Below, one piece after another: positions 63,084 to 64,000 of a DNA stretch of 64,000 bases. Each line of letters starts with the position of its first letter. Position 1 is the stretch's first letter. The position numbers and the translations under genes were made by a program. The notes under the pieces were generated by a model. It was not told the origin of the DNA. It searched no databases and saw nothing but the letters and a program-made list of their open reading frames with translations. The stretch covers positions 11,160,001-11,224,000 of the forward strand of contig NC_086376.1 in the NCBI RefSeq assembly GCF_036588685.1. The letters run 5' to 3'. This DNA is from Mytilus trossulus. Its lineage: Eukaryota.

Positions 63084-64000
63084 CGAAATCTAAGAACCAT
63101 CAACGGTTTCATTACCGATGGTTTCACAAACCAAGTCGTCGTGTCTTAACTGTATTGTCATACATGTCCAGGGTGTAATTTTGTTTAAATTTACTGTTCA
63201 AACAGCTATCATATAGCTACTCCGTTATTGATTTGGCAAGTATTTTGTTTCGGTTCGAGTGCAACCAATGAGTTATAGATCTGGGAAAACCGGTTACAAT
63301 TTTATATTTTGAGTCCTCAATGCTCTTCAACCTTGTAATTTAATTGGCTTTTAAAACTGGTTGACGAAACGCGCATTTGGCATATACAGTTTTGACCCTG
63401 GTATATTTGATAAATTTTATTTTAATCCGGTTTTGGTGTGATCTTTCTTAGTTATAATAGAAATTTTACAAAATGTGTAATATTTTTTCATGCTTTTGTA
63501 GGAATTGCAGTCTTCTTTTGTTATCTTAATCAACTAACTATTCTTGCACCGTGTCTGGTCATACATCAACGCCGGATAGACAGCATGAAACATTCTTATA
63601 CATGTCACGTGACAAAACCTAGAAAACAGCTTAGAAAAGAAGGAAGATCATCGTGTTATGTTACATGTTGTTCAGGAGAAAAACCAGTCAGCCGTTCGGA
63701 GACGGAAAGTATTCTTGAAACCTACCCAAAACGTGTTGTTCAATTTTTAGTCCATAATAAGATTTCAAGATTAGTTATACTAGCTGTGTACGCAACATAT
63801 ATAACTTTTTCAATTCTAGGAGTGCAATCTATCAAGCAATCAACAAAATATTCCGAGCTAGCAATTGAAGGTTCCAATTATTACACAGCTAATGTTTGGG
63901 ACTATGATAATTATCCTCTAGAATTACCGTTCCAAATTGTGTTCACAGGACCTGTTAAATATGAAAAGATAGAGATACGAGAATCCATTGATGAAATAGT
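59995..64000 (+). CDS. Patched domain-containing protein (PTCHD3/PTR-like, sterol-sensing RND fold), 3' truncated by the window end
   Basis: Exons 59995-60997 (acceptor at 59977; MACMFFSRC...FGRYGRLIAKYPW + TM1, FEDLCAK...C loop, TM2-4 to MPFLIIG), 61566-61772 (GIGINDMFII...SGLAITVTSLTDVLTFFIG...IKNFCLYA), 63502->64000 (GIAVFFCYLNQLTILAPCL...). GT-AG introns, phase 1/1; classic patched/SSD motifs. Confidence 0.92.
61803..62512 (+). mobile_element. Degenerate Helentron-associated (pearl/MgE-like) element with internal 120-175-bp tandem units, in a PTCHD intron
   Basis: Recurring ACT.T.ACTT.AGT (61892, 62010, 62167, 62342) and CCG.TCT(A/C)AGA..TAT..CC.TT..AA.TTGGA motifs. The 5' TATGCCTCC...TAAGTATTACCCTTG and 3' AAGCGGGGCA resemble bivalve Helentron-derived ends (recalled). 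Confidence 0.5.
63250..63415 (+). mobile_element. Degenerate retrozyme-family fragment
   Basis: GTCCTCAATGCTCTTCAAC...GACGAAACGCGCATTTGGCATAT...CCTGGTATATTTGAT. Core incomplete. Confidence 0.6.

Overview
AT-rich eukaryotic DNA with spliceosomal introns. The repeat families and gene content point to a bivalve, most likely a Mytilus mussel (inference). The real genes are mostly invisible in the ORF track because they are spliced. All were reconstructed by hand on the + strand: (1) a 5-exon glycine N-acyltransferase-like GNAT gene (1831-11774, 317 aa), with a 23-unit 57/55-bp minisatellite in intron 2; (2) a tandem cluster of four 3-exon genes for secreted 12-Cys peptides of 89-91 aa resembling the oyster cvSI-2 / MEROPS I84 serine protease inhibitors (15957-17481, 23331-25691, 31691-35341, 44990-47529), in two subtypes, the His/Asp-rich one carrying a conserved MRE-core + TATA promoter; (3) the 5' part of a patched-domain (PTCHD3-like) gene from 59995 to the window end. 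Mobile DNA: a 5.5-kb TIR-bounded Sola2-like DNA transposon (39159-44643) whose transposase is split by a 542-bp MITE with 60-bp TIRs and a 9-bp TSD, and which also holds a Harbinger-type MITE with poly-G/poly-C arms; further MITEs; Penelope-like RT remnants; and many copies of a ~362-nt repeat carrying minimal type I hammerhead ribozymes (non-LTR retrozyme). One ribozyme copy is intact (19379-19420, - strand) and one near-intact copy lies in sense orientation in an intron of an inhibitor gene (24485-24526).
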